From NCBI GenBank assembly GCA_944381135.1, contig CALWJY010000015.1:291453-355452 (forward strand): a stretch of DNA of 64,000 nt, in the 5' to 3' direction. The translations under genes were made by a program, and so were the position numbers. Numbering within the stretch: position 1 is the first letter of the stretch; each line of letters starts with the position of its first letter. The notes under the pieces are model-generated. The model ran no database searches. It was not told the origin of the DNA and was given only the letters and a program-made list of their open reading frames with translations. Below are positions 35,971 through 50,900 of the stretch, piece by piece. The stretch comes from an uncultured Clostridia bacterium (GTDB taxonomy: Bacteria > Bacillota > Clostridia > Christensenellales > UBA1242).

Positions 35971-38900
35971 CTATTGTTTTGACATATATTTCATCTTTCT
36001 TTCGCGTTGTTTTCTGACGATGATGAAGATTATCAAAATCAGAAGCAAAACAGCAACAATTGCGATGATTATCCAAAGCCACCAAATTGATGCTGGAGGT
36101 GATGCCCAAATTGCATAGAGCACAAGTCCATCTTCAAAGTTTACTGTGATTACATCACCATCAAAGAATGCAACATCTCCGTTTGGTGAATATGCCCAAC
36201 CAAGGAAAATCATGTTTCCATTGGTGAACATATCTCCTCGCAACGTCAGTGTTTGATTGTATTGAACATTTCTCTGGATGCTTTCAGAACCATTGTTTGG
36301 ATTGAATGTCACAGTGACAATGCTTTCTTTTGCTGTTGCTGTCAAGGTGAATGGTTCGGACAGAACGCTGAAAATGTATCCTCTTGGTTGGTCTGAATTT
36401 TCAATGGCTGTTTCCGAATCGTTCAAAAGCCAACCATCAAATCTATATCCGACCATTGTTGTGACGCTGAGGCTAAGTTGTTTGGTGTATTTTGCAGTGA
36501 ATGTATAGGACTGCGTTTCTGGATTAAACTCTCCACCCTCAATGTCTGTCTGGCTTATCAATCCTTCAACTGTGATTGCCTCAATTCCTGTGCCAAATTT
36601 CACTTCAAAGGTGACAGTGTTCAAATTGTAATATAGCCTGATGACTGTCGAGCCATCGCCAACAACTTCATATGTTTCAAACTCGGAACTGTCATAGGTA
36701 TAGCCCACAAAAGTTTGAACATATTGCAAGAAATCAATTTCGCTTTCTGTTGTGCCGGTGTATGTCTCCGGTTCTCCAAACAGAACATAATTTCCTGTTT
36801 CAATCACCTCAAGATAGTGTTCAACTGTATAATCTGCCTCGCCAACATCAGAGATGAGTTCAATTTCATATTTCTCTGTGCCGTCAATGACAAACGATGC
36901 CTCAAGTTCGGACAATCTTGTGTCTGCATCAATTTGCCATTCAACAAACCTATAGCCCGGCATGAGTGTTGCTGAAAGGTTGACAGTTGCACCAAATTGA
37001 TATGTGCCTGCACCAACCACACTTTCAACTTGGTCTTCATTGAATGTGATTTCAACATCAACCAACTGACGAGTGTAGAAGAATCTGATGACTGTCCTTG
37101 CAGTTGAATTGCTTCCTGCAATATAGGCATTGTCAGTTGAATCAACACCATCAATCAGCACATCATAGTGGTCAAAGTTGAACCCGAAGAACACTGATTC
37201 ATCAAACTCGACAAAAATGTTGGAGATGTTTGTGACATAGTCTTCAATAATTTCTTCCTCAGTGAATGGATGATGTGTTGTCCCTGTCAAATCTCTTGAA
37301 AGAGCAATTGAATATTCTTCGCTGTCAAGGTTCTGCCTATAGTATTCCAATCTGAATGGGCTTTCTTCTGCTGTGATTGTGGCATTAATTGCAAGGTCTT
37401 CATCTTCCATTGTGCGTGTCAGTGTTGTTCCAATCACGCCCGTTGAAATTGGCAAATCATCAATTGTATAACCGCCAAATGAGAAACCTGCCATATATTC
37501 AAATGTCAATTCAAAGGTTTGACCATAAGCAACATTCCAAGTGTATTCTGTGGATGTTTGAGGTTCGGTTCCGTCAACAGTAAGCAGAACGCTTTCGCCA
37601 ACAAGTCCACGCATTTCATCAACGAATGTGAGTGTGACTATGTGCATGTTTCTGTTGAAATAGATGTAAACAACTGTTGAGCCATCGCCGGCAATTGTCA
37701 CTTCCTGTCCATCAATTGAAGACATAAATGCTTCAAACCCTGTGATTACGGCTGTGTTGAAGCCGATGTCTTCTCTTGTCAACACCTGACCGGTGAAGCC
37801 TTGCAATGTGATTGGATCTGAATATGGAGCATAGTCAACATCCAAATCTTCACCCAAAGATTCATTTTGAATCATATAGTAAACCATGAAGTCAACTTCA
37901 AGTGCTTCTGGCGAAAGATTTAATGTGACATCACTTGCTGGCATGTTGAAAACAATCGTCACAGTTGTTGAACCGTCTTCCTCTTCAACTGTGGAAATTG
38001 AGAACTCAACCTCGGTGCCGAGCGTTCCGTCAGATGGATTTGTCATCAATGTGATGTTTTCTTCAGCAAGCAAAAATCCAACTCTGACTGTGAATGTCAA
38101 GGACACTTCTTCGCCAAACATGTGCGCGCCCTCACTGTCCGTCTCAATGAATGCGTTTTCGTTTTCATATGAGATTGAAAGTGAATAGGAATTTCTTGTG
38201 TATGTCATTATTACAACCGTTGAGCCGTCACCCATGATTGTGTTGATACCATTTTGATAGGTTATGCTTCCAAAAGTGAAGCCTGCCAAATTTTGAGCAT
38301 AGGTTGCCTCAACAATGTTTCTTATGATTGCATCTGAAAGTTGTTGCTCGGTTGTGCCTGTTTGTCCAAATGTGATTTCTGCCTCTTCATTGAACGACCC
38401 ATCAAGATTTTGCAAGAACACTTCAATTGTATATGGAGTGTCGGTGCGTGGCGTTGCGTCCGCATACAAAACAACATCTTCCGTGCCAATTTCAAGTGTG
38501 AATCCACCTTCCACTTCAGTGAGTGGTGTGTCAAATGTTGGAGACTGATAGCCCTCATTTGCCGTCAAACTCAAGTTGACAACATCGCCAAATCTGATCG
38601 TGTAGGTCTTGGAATTTTCTGTCTCTTCCTGAAGTGTGAAAGTGTCATAGAGCGATGAGGTTATGCTTGCGTCAGCAATTCTGTCGGTCGTGTTGATTGT
38701 GACTTCATAGAACCTGCGAGCAAAATAAACATCAATGACATTCTCATCTGTTGCAGTGACAAACAAGAAGCTGTCTTGGCTGTGTTGCAAATCATATTCA
38801 TAGCCCTCTTCAGCAAGTTGTGTTTCAAAGTCAGAGTCTTGCAAGAAGAGTTCATATGCTCTGTCGCCTGTGAGATATCTTTGAATTTCAAATTCAAACT

Positions 38901-41900
38901 CGTTGTCTGGGTCTGGAACATCTCGAACATTTGTTGTCCAATTTCCGTCTGCATCTTGAAGCAGAACACGAACATCAACTTCAATTGAACCCATTGTCCA
39001 ACGAGCAAAAAGTTCAACCTCTTTTCCGTCTGTTGCCGTCAATCTTGAAAGTTGAATTTGCTCATCGACTCCAGCAAGAGTCTCTTGCACCTGACCTTCG
39101 TCATCTGTGTATGTCCAGCCTGAAAAGTCATATCCTGGTGGGTCAGCCCAGCCCTCTGCTTGAAGTTCGGCATAAGTTGGAAGTGTGATTGTCTCGTTGT
39201 AGGTGAATGAGGTTTCAAATTCATAGACATGACTTGGATTTTCCTCGTCACGCAGAACAACAGTATATGAAATTTCTTCCCAAACCGCATAGATTGTCAC
39301 TGTGCGATCTGTCTCCGATCCTGTTGCAAGGTTGAATGCATAGATTGTGCCTTGATATTCATAAAGCCCGCTTCCTGCAACGTTTTGAACATAGGAAAGC
39401 AAATCTTGTTGTCCAGCCTCAGTGATGATTTCATCTGTCACCAATGTGGCAGGTGTCTGTCCGTCAAGTGACCATGAGGTGAATTTGTGTCCAACAAGGT
39501 TAAAATTCGCTTGGTCTTCCTCTGCAGATGCAAGTTCGACAAGTTGGTCATACACACCTGTGGTGTCACCAATCGAACCCTCAGCGCCGTTGCCATTATA
39601 GGTGACAACATAGTCATTTGCTTCCCAAACAGCATAATATTCTGTGTCTGTGCTAAGCAAATATGGGTCCATTTCTGCGCCAACAGCAAATTCAACTGTG
39701 TCATCATCTGATGTTGACCAACCCAAAAGTTGCCAGCCGGTGATGCTGAAGTTTCCTTCGAGTGTGTAAGCCGAGCCATATGCCACCATTTGCGATGTTG
39801 TGACCATGTCATCTTCTGTGAAGTTGCGGTGATATATGATTTGATGTCTTTCTGCAACCGTTTGAATGTGAATGTTGATGTCTGCTGATGGCATTGTGTA
39901 GGTATATGTGCCGTCAGTCAATTGGTCAACGGTCAAGGAAATTCCCTCTCCTGTGATGAGGATTTGGTCAAATTCATATCCCTCTGTCACCGAAATGGAA
40001 ATTGTCATGCTGGAAGAATATTCCACGCTGACACTTGTTTGTTCGCCAAGTGTGAATGACTGCTCGCCATTTTCAGAAGTTTGATAGGTCATCGAAACGC
40101 CATCAATTCCCGTCACATCTTCTTGTTCTCCCGAAACCGAGAATGAAACTGTGAATGCTTTAAGATGGAAGATCGCTTGTGCTGTTCCTGTGCCATCTGG
40201 CAAGATTGTGCCTGTAGTTTGAAAACTGTCAAACTCATATCCTGCAAGATTGATGCCAAACACTTGATTGAATCCTTCTTCTGCATCGGACTGAGTGATT
40301 TCTTCATCTGTTGTGCCAACGAGGTTTGCTGTGCCAACAACCTCTTCACTTAAATCTCCATTGATGTCTGTGATGAGATAGGTGATTGTGAATGATGTAT
40401 CGTCTCTTGCAACCCAAGTTGCCACAGCCTGAACATCCTCTGTGTAACTGAATGTGAAACTCTGTTCGTCTGCATAAAGTTCGTCACCAATTTGCCAACC
40501 TGCAAATTCATAGCCAAGTTTTGTGAAGCGGTTTTGTGTAAGTGGCAGGGTTTGTTGATAGTTGAATGCTTGAACATAGGTTTGTTCGCCCGAGCCGTCA
40601 CCCAAAATTCCGCCATCGCCACCTGTGAAGATGACGTAATAGTCTCTTGGAGATGTTGTCAAACTGATTGTAAGATTTGACATTGTCATGTTGAACGAAT
40701 CTGCATCCAAGGTTGTCACGCCGTTGATGACTGCGTTTGTGTATCCCGGAGCATATTCATATGAAAGGTCAACTTGGAATCCATGTTTGATTTGGGCTAT
40801 CAGTCTTCCATCTGTTTGAGAAACGGAGCCTGCCAGAAGTCCATCACTTGCAACTTCCACACTTTGAATTTCATTTGTTTCATAGTTGATTGTCAAAACA
40901 TAGTAAGCACGAGTGTAGTAAATTCTGAGTGCCAAGTTTCCGTTTGCATTGATGTCACCCGAAACAATTTCTCCCTCATGGCCCTCATCATAGACATAGC
41001 CTTCCATTTCAAGAATTGTGATTGAAACTTCTGTGCCCGGTGTGCCTGAGAAATATTGTGTGAAGCGGTCGTCAATGACAAACTCGCCATTTGTGTTTTC
41101 AAAGTAATATTCAAAGCGATAGTCCGCATCCTCTGCTGCCCAAACTGCCCACAAATCAAGTCCATAAGTGAACGTATAGTGCTCGTAAGTGATGGCTGAA
41201 GTGATGAACACCTCTCCATTGTCTGCCGCTGTTTGAGAAAGTGCCCAACCTCTGAACTCATAACCCTCACGCGTCCAATTAAGTTGTGGAGAATTGTTGA
41301 ACAAAACTGTGTATGGCTCGTTATAAGTCACTTCATCTTTATATTCGGCAAGGTCAGTTCCTGCATATTTATGATATGTGACAGGGTACGTCTGAGCATC
41401 AATGATTGGAGTGATTATCAAATCATAAGCTGGCATGCTGTCAAGTGTCATTTGCCCGCTTTCATCCACGCTGATTCTGAAGACTTCAGTCATGTCGTTG
41501 TCATAGAAAACATAGTTTCCGTCTTCAACTGTGGCATTGACTGTGATTGATGTTTGTGTGGTTGGGTCTGTGATGGTTGCTCTGAAACCAGCAAATTCAT
41601 AACCCGACCTTGTGCGAACAGTCAAATTCAATGCGCTTTCGAAATAAACGCGCAATTGTCCAGAAGAAGTTGTCACTCTGCTTTCGTTTGGCACTGCTTG
41701 ATAGGTGAAACTTTGAAGTCCTGTCACGGAAGTGTCCAAAGTCAAACCATAGTGCTGACGGAGATAGAAAACATAGATTGTTGTATAGTCTTCTGGGTCT
41801 TCAGCATATCTGATGATTGCTGTCTCATTTGTTGTTCCGTCATTGAGACTTCCAAATGCAAAGCCCTCATATTCTCTCAACAAATCAAGTGAACCAAGAT

Positions 41901-44900
41901 ATTCCGTTGTCACAACTTGGTCGGTTATGCCAGAAACTGCTTCAATTGTCTCAACTGTTTCATATTGATTTGTTGAGAAAGTTTGAAGTCTATAAACAAC
42001 ATTGAAGAATGCCTCGCCTGCCTCAGTCAAGATGTTGATGTTGACATCGTCTGAAATTGTCAGACTGACTGAATCTTCCTCTGTTGTTTCATCTCCAATT
42101 TCAAAGCCGTGGAAAATGTATCCACCCTTAAGAGCCACACGGTCTCCTGTGCTGTTTGCAATTGAAACTGTCACTTGGTTGCCATAGTAAACATAAATTG
42201 TGTTTTCATAGTTCACAGGGCTTCCGTCAACAGTGATTTGCAGTCTGTTTGTTTGAATGCCCGCGCCACCATTGATTGTGAGGTTATAGACAATTGCTTC
42301 CCAAACAGCATAGAGATTGACTTGTGGTGTGTATTGATTCAGCACATATGTTGCGCCGTCCAGATATGCAATGTTTGTACCGCTTGGAGTTGTTGACCAG
42401 CCAACAAACCTAAAGCCTGGATTTTCAAAGGTGTTTGATCTGAGAGTGATGTTTTCGCGATATCTTGGTGCTGGAGATTGTGTCTCTGTCAAATCGGTTT
42501 CACCAAAATTGCTGTGGAAAATGATTTCATATTCTCTTGCCGTGCTTGAAAGTGTGACTGTCACATTTCTTGCTGGCATTTCAAAGGTGTTGTCACTCGT
42601 AATTGTCACATCACTGCTTGAGAACGAACCAACAATGTATCCTTCATCTGTCACACTGCTTGAAAGTGAAATTGTTGCTTCATAACGAACGGAATAATTC
42701 CCGTTTCCAGAATTATAGATATATGTGACATCTGTTCCGACATTTGTGGCAGTTGCTGTTGCGGTCACTCCGTCTTCTGTACGCAAAGTCAAAGAATAAT
42801 AACTTCTGTTATATCTCACTTCAACAACCGTCTGCCCATTTGCATTGATTGTTGTGCTTGTGATGCTTCCAGAATAGATGAAACCATCAATTGTCTGTGG
42901 AATTGTTCCACCAAGTGCCTGTGCAACAACACTTTCGTTGACCACGCTGTCTGTCAAGCCTGAGGCTGGAACATCTTGTCTCAACTCTGTCCTTTGTTCA
43001 TAGTCTGAAGTTGAAAGCCTCTCAAACATAAATCTGATTGTATAGGAGGTTTCAGTTGCTTGCCAATGAGCATAAAGTGTGGTGTTGGAGGTGATTGAAA
43101 CTGTGTCAGACGGCAAAACTTGTGTTCCGTTTGTCCTCTGTGTGAACCAACCAACAAATTTATAGCCCTGTCTTGTTGGCGAAGCATCTTCAAGAGAAAC
43201 TTGAGTGTTGTCCGTTGTTGTGTAGGCATCGGCATAGGTGCTGTCATAATATACATAAAGTGAAGAATATGTGCTTATGACTGAACCTGTTGTGCCTGCA
43301 CTGACATTTGTGTCAAGTGTGAGTGTATATCTGTTTGGATCGTATGTCACATTGACTTCTTGATTTGAAATATATTCCCAAGTGCCAGAAACTGATGCTT
43401 GACGTGGTGTGTATCCGACAACTTGTGGACAATCAACACGATATGTTTGACCATATGTCACATCAATTATTTGAGATTCTGCAACTGAACTTCCGTCAGC
43501 TTTGATGAAGTTGACAGTAAGTCTGAACGATTGTGCTTGCCAGCGTGCAGTGAGTGTGGCATTTCCATATCTTCCTGTCAACGAAACTGAAGATGGGTCT
43601 GCAAATTCTTGTCCAGATGACCAAGAGCCCCCTGCAGTTGTCACGCGCCAAGAAATGAAGTCGTATCCTCTTCTTGTGATTGTTGGAAGCGTTCCAACAC
43701 TTTCAATTGTGTATGAAAGTGTGTAGTTTCCGCTTGCATCGGCAGTCATTCCGTCAATTGTTCCGCCACCACCAATAAGAGTCAGTATGTATGGAATTGG
43801 TGTCCATTGTGCATAAAGTGTGACATCTCTGTCAAAGCGATATGGCGTGAAAGAATATTCGTCACGATAGATTGTGCCATCTTCGCCATTTGGGTCTTCA
43901 GACCAACCAGCAAAGTCATAGCCTGTGCGGGTGAACGCGGTTTCTGGCAATTGAAGGTTTTGACCATAAATGGTCTCAATTGTTGCCATTTCGCCACTTC
44001 CACCATTTGCGTTGAAAGTCAATTGATGTCTGTTCGGCGTCCATTGTGCATAGAGGTGGAATTCTCCATCCGCTTCAGAAGCCAATCTTGAAACAGAAGT
44101 TCCGGAAGAATAGTCACGTCCGCTTCCGTCCTCTTCTGTGTTCCAGCCTGAGAATGTATAGCCTGTGAGTGTGAAGAGAATTGCACTATCTGTGTTGGAC
44201 TTGATTTGGAATGTTTCAGTGTAAAGATGTGTCTCGCTGGATGTTTGGTCAGACATTCCACTTTCAACAAAGTCATAGTTGCTGTGATAAATCAAGTCAT
44301 AGGAATTTTCGTCCCAAACTGCATAAACTGTCACGGTTTCATCATCAATCGTTGTCAAGTTGTATGCATACCAATTGCCGTTGAATTCATAAATTCCTCT
44401 GCCTGTGATTTCGTCAAGACTGTCAACATGTATGATGTCTTGAGCGGTTGAGTTTGATGTCAATCCCCAACCAGAATATGTGAAGCCGGTGAGAGTGTAG
44501 TTTCCAAGTGCGCTTGCAAGCAAGGTTGGCTCTCCGTCATATCTGATGCCTGTGATGTTTTCAATTGCCGTTGTTTGACTTCCACCATTTGTGCTGAAAG
44601 TGATTTGATAGGAGATTGCATCCCAAACTGCATAGAGGTCAACATTTGTTTGATATGCCCTTGTGTTTGAAAAGATGTATCTCTCGCCATTTTCATATTC
44701 CACTGTGCTGTCGTTTTCAGTTGACCAACCAAGGAAGTTATATCCCGTTCTTGTGAATGTGTTTCTTCTGAGGGTGGTTTCTTGGTTGTATTGAATTGTC
44801 TGCGACTGTGTTGTGTCTGCGCCCTCAACATTTCTGTGGAATGTGAGTGTGATGTCTCTTGGAGCAGCAATAGCCGTGATGGAAATGTCTTCCGTTTCTG

Positions 44901-47900
44901 CGGTCACACTGCCTGTGGTTGTCACACTTCCGTCAATATCCCAACCTGTGAAGGAATATCCTGACACACCATCCACCATTTCAAGTGTGTATGTAAGTGT
45001 CACATTTCCCTCATAAAGCAAGTTGAACGAACCGTCTTCTTGGAATGTTTGCGAGAAGGAATAGTTTGTTGCCGTCACAGTCACGCTTTCAATTCCTTCA
45101 GTGAATGCAATGTTGACTGTCACATCATCACGGGTGTAATAAAGTCTGACAATTGTGCTTCCATCAGCAAAGATGATGCCGTTGTTTGTCATTGTCATGT
45201 CGTCATATGTGAAGCCTTCATATTCATTAAAGTCATAATCTTGCAAGTTGACTGCAGTGTCAGTGTAACCCTCAAGGCGAACGCGCTCATGATATGCGCT
45301 TGGATATGTGCTTCCGTCCAAGTTTTGAAGATAATATTCCAAATAGAATGGAGATGGAATTGGGTTTGCACTTGCACTGATTGTCAAGTTTCTTGCTGGC
45401 ATTGTGAGTGTTGCAGTTGTGGTTTCTCCTGTGGATGGGTCTCCAGATGAGGATGTGGCTGTGATGATTTGAGAAGCTGTCATCTCAGTGCATGTCCAAT
45501 CGTCAAACTGATAGCCCGCAATCACAGTTGCAACAAGTGTCACTCGTTGTTCAAACTTAAGTGTGTATCTGTTTGTTGTATCTTCATCAGGGTCAATTCC
45601 TTGAAGTGCCAAACTTGTGATGCGGCTTGTCGTGTTCAAAGTGACAGTGTATGTGTTGCGCGAGTAGTGAACATAGATGACATTTTCAGAAACATCTGCG
45701 GAAATTGTGATGTCATTCATGTTGTCATAGTTGAAACCTGTCAAAAGATGAGTTTCATCGTCAATAAGGTCTGCCAAATCTGCATACCTGATTGTTTGGT
45801 CAACAAGTGCCGTCCTTGTGACTGACTGAACTCCGCGTGTTTCATAGCCGTCACCTGCCAAGTTTTCATAGAGGAAGTTGACAACATAATCTCTCTCTTG
45901 CGCCTCAACATTGACGGTGTAGGTCGTGCTTCTTAAAATGTTGAAATTGTGTGTGTGAGTTCCAGCCTCTTCTTCTGCCAATCTCACACTTGTGTTGACG
46001 CTTTCAGTGAAACTTGCAAACTTATATCCCGCTGAAATTGTGGCACTAATTGTCACAGATTGATTGAATTTGATGCTTGCAGTTGTTTCATTGTCTGTGC
46101 CTGTTGCCGTGTCGAGAGCGTCACCATTCACGATGATTGAAATGCTTTCAACACCAAGGGATGGTTTTGTGAAATTGAGTGTATAGGAATTTCTTGTGAA
46201 ATAGAGTCTCACAACTGTGTTTCCATCGCCTGCAACAGTTGCACTTCTGATGTTTCGGTCGTCATTTGCATTGAATGTGAAACCATAATATGAAACATCT
46301 GGAATTGAAACAACATCTTCTGTGTAGGCTGTTCCTGTTGTGGAATGAGTTGTTGTCAAGTTGCCGTCGGTTGTTTCTGTGTCAAGTTTATAAATTGCAT
46401 TTCCGTCCTCATCCACTTCCAAACTCTCAAGCCAATATTGAATATGGTATGTCACTTGAACAGGTGTCCAAATTGCATGAATTGTCACATTGGCATTTGC
46501 AGTTGAAGAGAGGTTGAACACATAATATTCCACCATCTCGTCTGTGCGAATGAAACGATAGATTCCACCCGAAGCATTTGTGCGGATGAGATATTCAGAA
46601 AGTGTTTCGCCCTCTCCAAGAGCACTTTCGTTGATGTCTCTTGTGCTGGAAATTGAACTTTCAGATGTTGACCAGCCAGCAAAGTCATAGCCAACTCTTG
46701 TTGTGCTTGGAACATAAGTTGCTTCGTCATATGTGACAGTCAGTATGTTTGTGCCGTCATCCGTGTCAACATCTTCGCCACCATGAGTGCTAAGGAGAAC
46801 AACATATTCTCTTGCTGTCCAATGTGCAAAGAATTCACGGTTTCCAATTTCATTAGCTGCAATGGTTGTCACTTCTGTTCCGTTTTCTGCCTCTGTCCAC
46901 CAACCAGCAAAATCATAGCCTGTGCGTGTAATGTTTGCACTGTTTGGAAGAGTTGCGCCCGTGGAAGTGATGTATGTTGTCTGTGGATTGAACCCGCTTG
47001 CCCATGCACCACCTTGATGATGATAGGTGATTGTGTAGACAATGGAATCAAACCTTGCATAATACGTGAAGTTTCCATTTGTTCCCATTGTGATTTGATA
47101 TGGGTTGTTTTCAGAAACAATTGTTCCGTTTGCGGATGTTGACCAACCAACAAATTCATAGCCTGCATATTCGCTTGCAGTCATTGATTGTGTCTGTGAT
47201 GGACCGGTGTAGTCCCAAGTGCTTGAGCCTCCAACAAAGGATGCAGTTCCACCTGTCAGTGTCTGCCCGTCATCTGTGATGACAACAATGTTGCCAGAAA
47301 CAGTGTAAACCGCTTTGAAAGTCAAAGTGTTGCCTGCTGTGTCGGTGTCCTCTGATGTGATTTGATATGCATAAGTGCCGTCACCTCTTGAGGTGATTGA
47401 CCCTGTTCCGTTTTCAACAGTCCATCTGCTGAATGTGTAAACTGCCTGTCCATTTTGCATTGTTGGGTTGTTGGAAAGGATGATTGTGTCACCTGTTCTG
47501 AAAATTCCCGTTGTGAATGTGTTTCCGCCAGTGGAAAGTTGTCCAGAAACAGTGCCTTCATAGTTTCCACCAGAATTGTTGCGGATGTTGACTGTCACTT
47601 GCTTGCTTGTCCAATATGCGTGAAGCGTGTGGTCAGTTTCAATTCCGACAACGCTTGTGGATGTGATTTGGTCTGTTGGAAGCGCTCCGTCAAGTGCAAC
47701 ATCTGACAAGAACCAGCCCACAAAGTTGTAGCCTTCCATTGACAGTGTTGGAAGTGTGCCATATGCTTGGTCGAATGTGACAACCATTTCATCTGGAGTT
47801 TCGCCGTCATACTCATTCACATCAAACGAAACTGTTGGAGTCATTGCAGTTCCACTTGCCGAAATTGTGACTGTTCCGTTGATGACAATGTCTGTGTCGC

Positions 47901-50900
47901 TGTGCTGTCCGACAATTTCAATTGTGATTTCATCACCCTCGATTGTGATTGTCACATCTCTTTCAGTCAAAGTTCTGACACCCTCTTCAGTTGTCACTGT
48001 GACAACAATGCCACTTTCCGCTGGAAGATGATAGCCATATGCTCTTTCAAGCACTGCGGTGTAGTTTTGTCCACTTTGAACAAAGTTTGCTCCGCTTTGA
48101 ACATTGATGTGTTGAAGATTGAAGATGACTGAGTTTGTTTCTCTTTCAGCAGTTGCAATGATTGTGATGTCCTCGTTGATGTAACCTTGCTTGATTGTGA
48201 TTGTGCCATATGAGCCGTCACTTGCAACAACATATGTGTATGCGCTTCCACTTGCAACCGTTGTCGCTCCAATTTGAACTGTGATGGCATTTGGAACTGT
48301 GTAGCCTGTGTAGGCATTAAGCACAATTGTCACATCCTCAGAGTGTGTGACAGTTGAAGTTGGAGTTGTTGGAATGTCAATCTGCGTCAACCTATAGGAA
48401 ATTCCCAAAGGTTCTGCTGTCCATTTTGCAAACAAAGTGTGTGCGTTTGGAGTTGTGACAATTGTTTCTTCTGTCACTTCCTCGTCAGCTTCACAACTTG
48501 CAGTCAAGAACCATCCGCCAAAATCATAGCCCGTTCTTGTTGCTGTTGGAAGAGTGCCATATGCCTCGTCAAATGTCACATCATCAAATTGATATTCAAT
48601 TGAAGGGTCATCTCTCTCATAGGAAGTTGTGACATTCGCGTCAAATGTCACACGATAGGTTGCATTTGTCCAATGTGCATAAAGTTCAACATCCTCTGCA
48701 AGAACCCAAGCACCATTTTGAACATAACCATTTGCATTTGCAACAAGATTTCCTTCATCGTCAATGATTTGTGTGCCGTCACTTGTGAACCATCCCTCAA
48801 AATGATAACCCGCACGCGTTGCTGTTGGGGAGATTGGCTCTCCTGTTGTGTTGTTTGGAAGCGTTGCACCAGACCAATCTGTCCAGAATGTTGAATGATT
48901 GAATGTGATGTAAACCACTGCAGATTCTGGATTGATTGTTGCCCTTGTTGAACCTGTGCTGTCGTTTGCATTCAAGGTGATTGCATAGACATTTTCCTGC
49001 CACTGTGCAACAAGTGTTGCATTGCCTGTGCCAAATGTGTAGGTGTTTGTTGCATCCTCAAAAGTTCCGTTTTCTGGCTGTGACCAACCAAGGAATGTGT
49101 GACCTGTCCATATTGGGTCAGAAACCAAGGTTGTTGTGCCATATCTTTGAGAAATTGGAGTCTGTCCGCTGTAAGTTCCGCCATTTGCGTTGATTGTCAA
49201 TTCGAAAGTGGAACGGATGTAATAGATGCTGAATGTTGTGTTTCCGTCACCTGTGATGATTTTTGTGAGGTCGTTGTTTTCGTTGCCAGAGTCAAATTCA
49301 TATCCCGCAAGTGCAAACACGCTTGAAGAAATTGTCACTTCAGTGTCAACAGTTGCTTGGAAATCAAGGATTGTGTGAGGCGTGAATTGGTCTTCTGTCA
49401 CACCTTCAAGATAAACCGCAACATGATATGCCACCTGTCCTGCCTCAGCAGAAGCCGTGATTGTAACATCGTTTGTTGGCATGGAGAAAGTATTGGAACT
49501 TGAGATTGTCACATTTCCAACAAAGTTTGCGTCATGATAGCCATCGCTCAGGTCTGCAACAAGGCTGACAACTTCACCATAGAAAATGTCGGCAAATGTT
49601 GTCACTGTCTCATCGTCAACAACAGAGTTTGAACCTGTCAGAGTTCTGCTTTCGCTTGTTGCCTCATCAAGTGCGGAAGCGGAAACAGAGTCAACTCCTA
49701 TGCCAATTGTGACTGTCATGTCATATGAATTTCGTGTGTAGAAAAGATAGATTTCCAAACTTCCATCTGCTTGAACAATCACCTGTCCGCTTGTCGCCCA
49801 AGTTGTGTTTGTTGTTGTGTAAGCAAATTGATTGCCATATGTGAAGCCCGAAATGTTCACAACTTCGTTTGTGATTGTGATTGTTGATTCACTTTCTGCA
49901 GACTTACTGTCTGTGTGATGAAGAGTGAAGTTTGAAAGGTCACTCAAAGAATTTGAAACATCTGCATCTCTTGCAGCGTCAATTGTTTGAACATAGTGGT
50001 GAACTTGATATCTCACCGCCTCTGGTGTCCATTTTGCATAGATGGTGATTTCATCATCGCCCTCAACACCTGTGCAAAGTCCGCTGACAAGACTTCCTGT
50101 GCCCACAAGGTCGACATCGTTGCAATCTGGTGTCAAATACCATCCAGCAAAGGTGTAGCCTTCTCGTGTGAAGCGAGCGTTGGTGTCAACAGCAGTTGTA
50201 TAAGAAATTTCAACTGTGGTTTGCATTCCAGAAATCACTTGTGCTGTGCCTTGATAGTTTGCGTCATTTGGGTCATATGTGATTGTATAGGAATTTTCCG
50301 ACCAAACTGCATACAAATCCATATTGTCAAAAGTGAATCTGAACTGCTGTCCAGCCTCATAGGTTGTGTTTCCAGAAAGTCCAACACGCCAATTCACAAA
50401 TGTCCAGCCTGTCACAGTCCAATTCCCTGTTTCTGCAGTTGTCAAAACTGTATAGGTTGCGTCAAATGTGACATTGTCAACAAAAGTGGTTGAACTTCCG
50501 CCAAAGTTATAGTGATATGTGACGGTGCGGCTTAAAGCCTCCCAATGAGCGTACAAAGTTTTGCTTCCGTTGCCCGCTTGGTCATAGGTGACATCTTCCA
50601 CCAAAAGACGAGTGTCGTTTGTCACTTGGTCGCCACCATCCGCTTCTGTGAACCAGCCCAAAAATCTGTATCCCACGCGAGATGGTGTCAAAAGACCTGT
50701 GGTTGACATGCTGTCCAAACTTGTGACAGCGGTGGAATAGAGCGCGTCTGATTTGACATAGATTGTCGAATTTGAAATGCTTGGCACGCTTGAACCTGTG
50801 CCTTGGTTGACATCAAGTGTGACTGTCACATAGTCTGCTTCCCATTGAGCATAGATTGGCACACTTCTGTTTTCAACTTCTGTCAAATTCAAAAGAGTTG

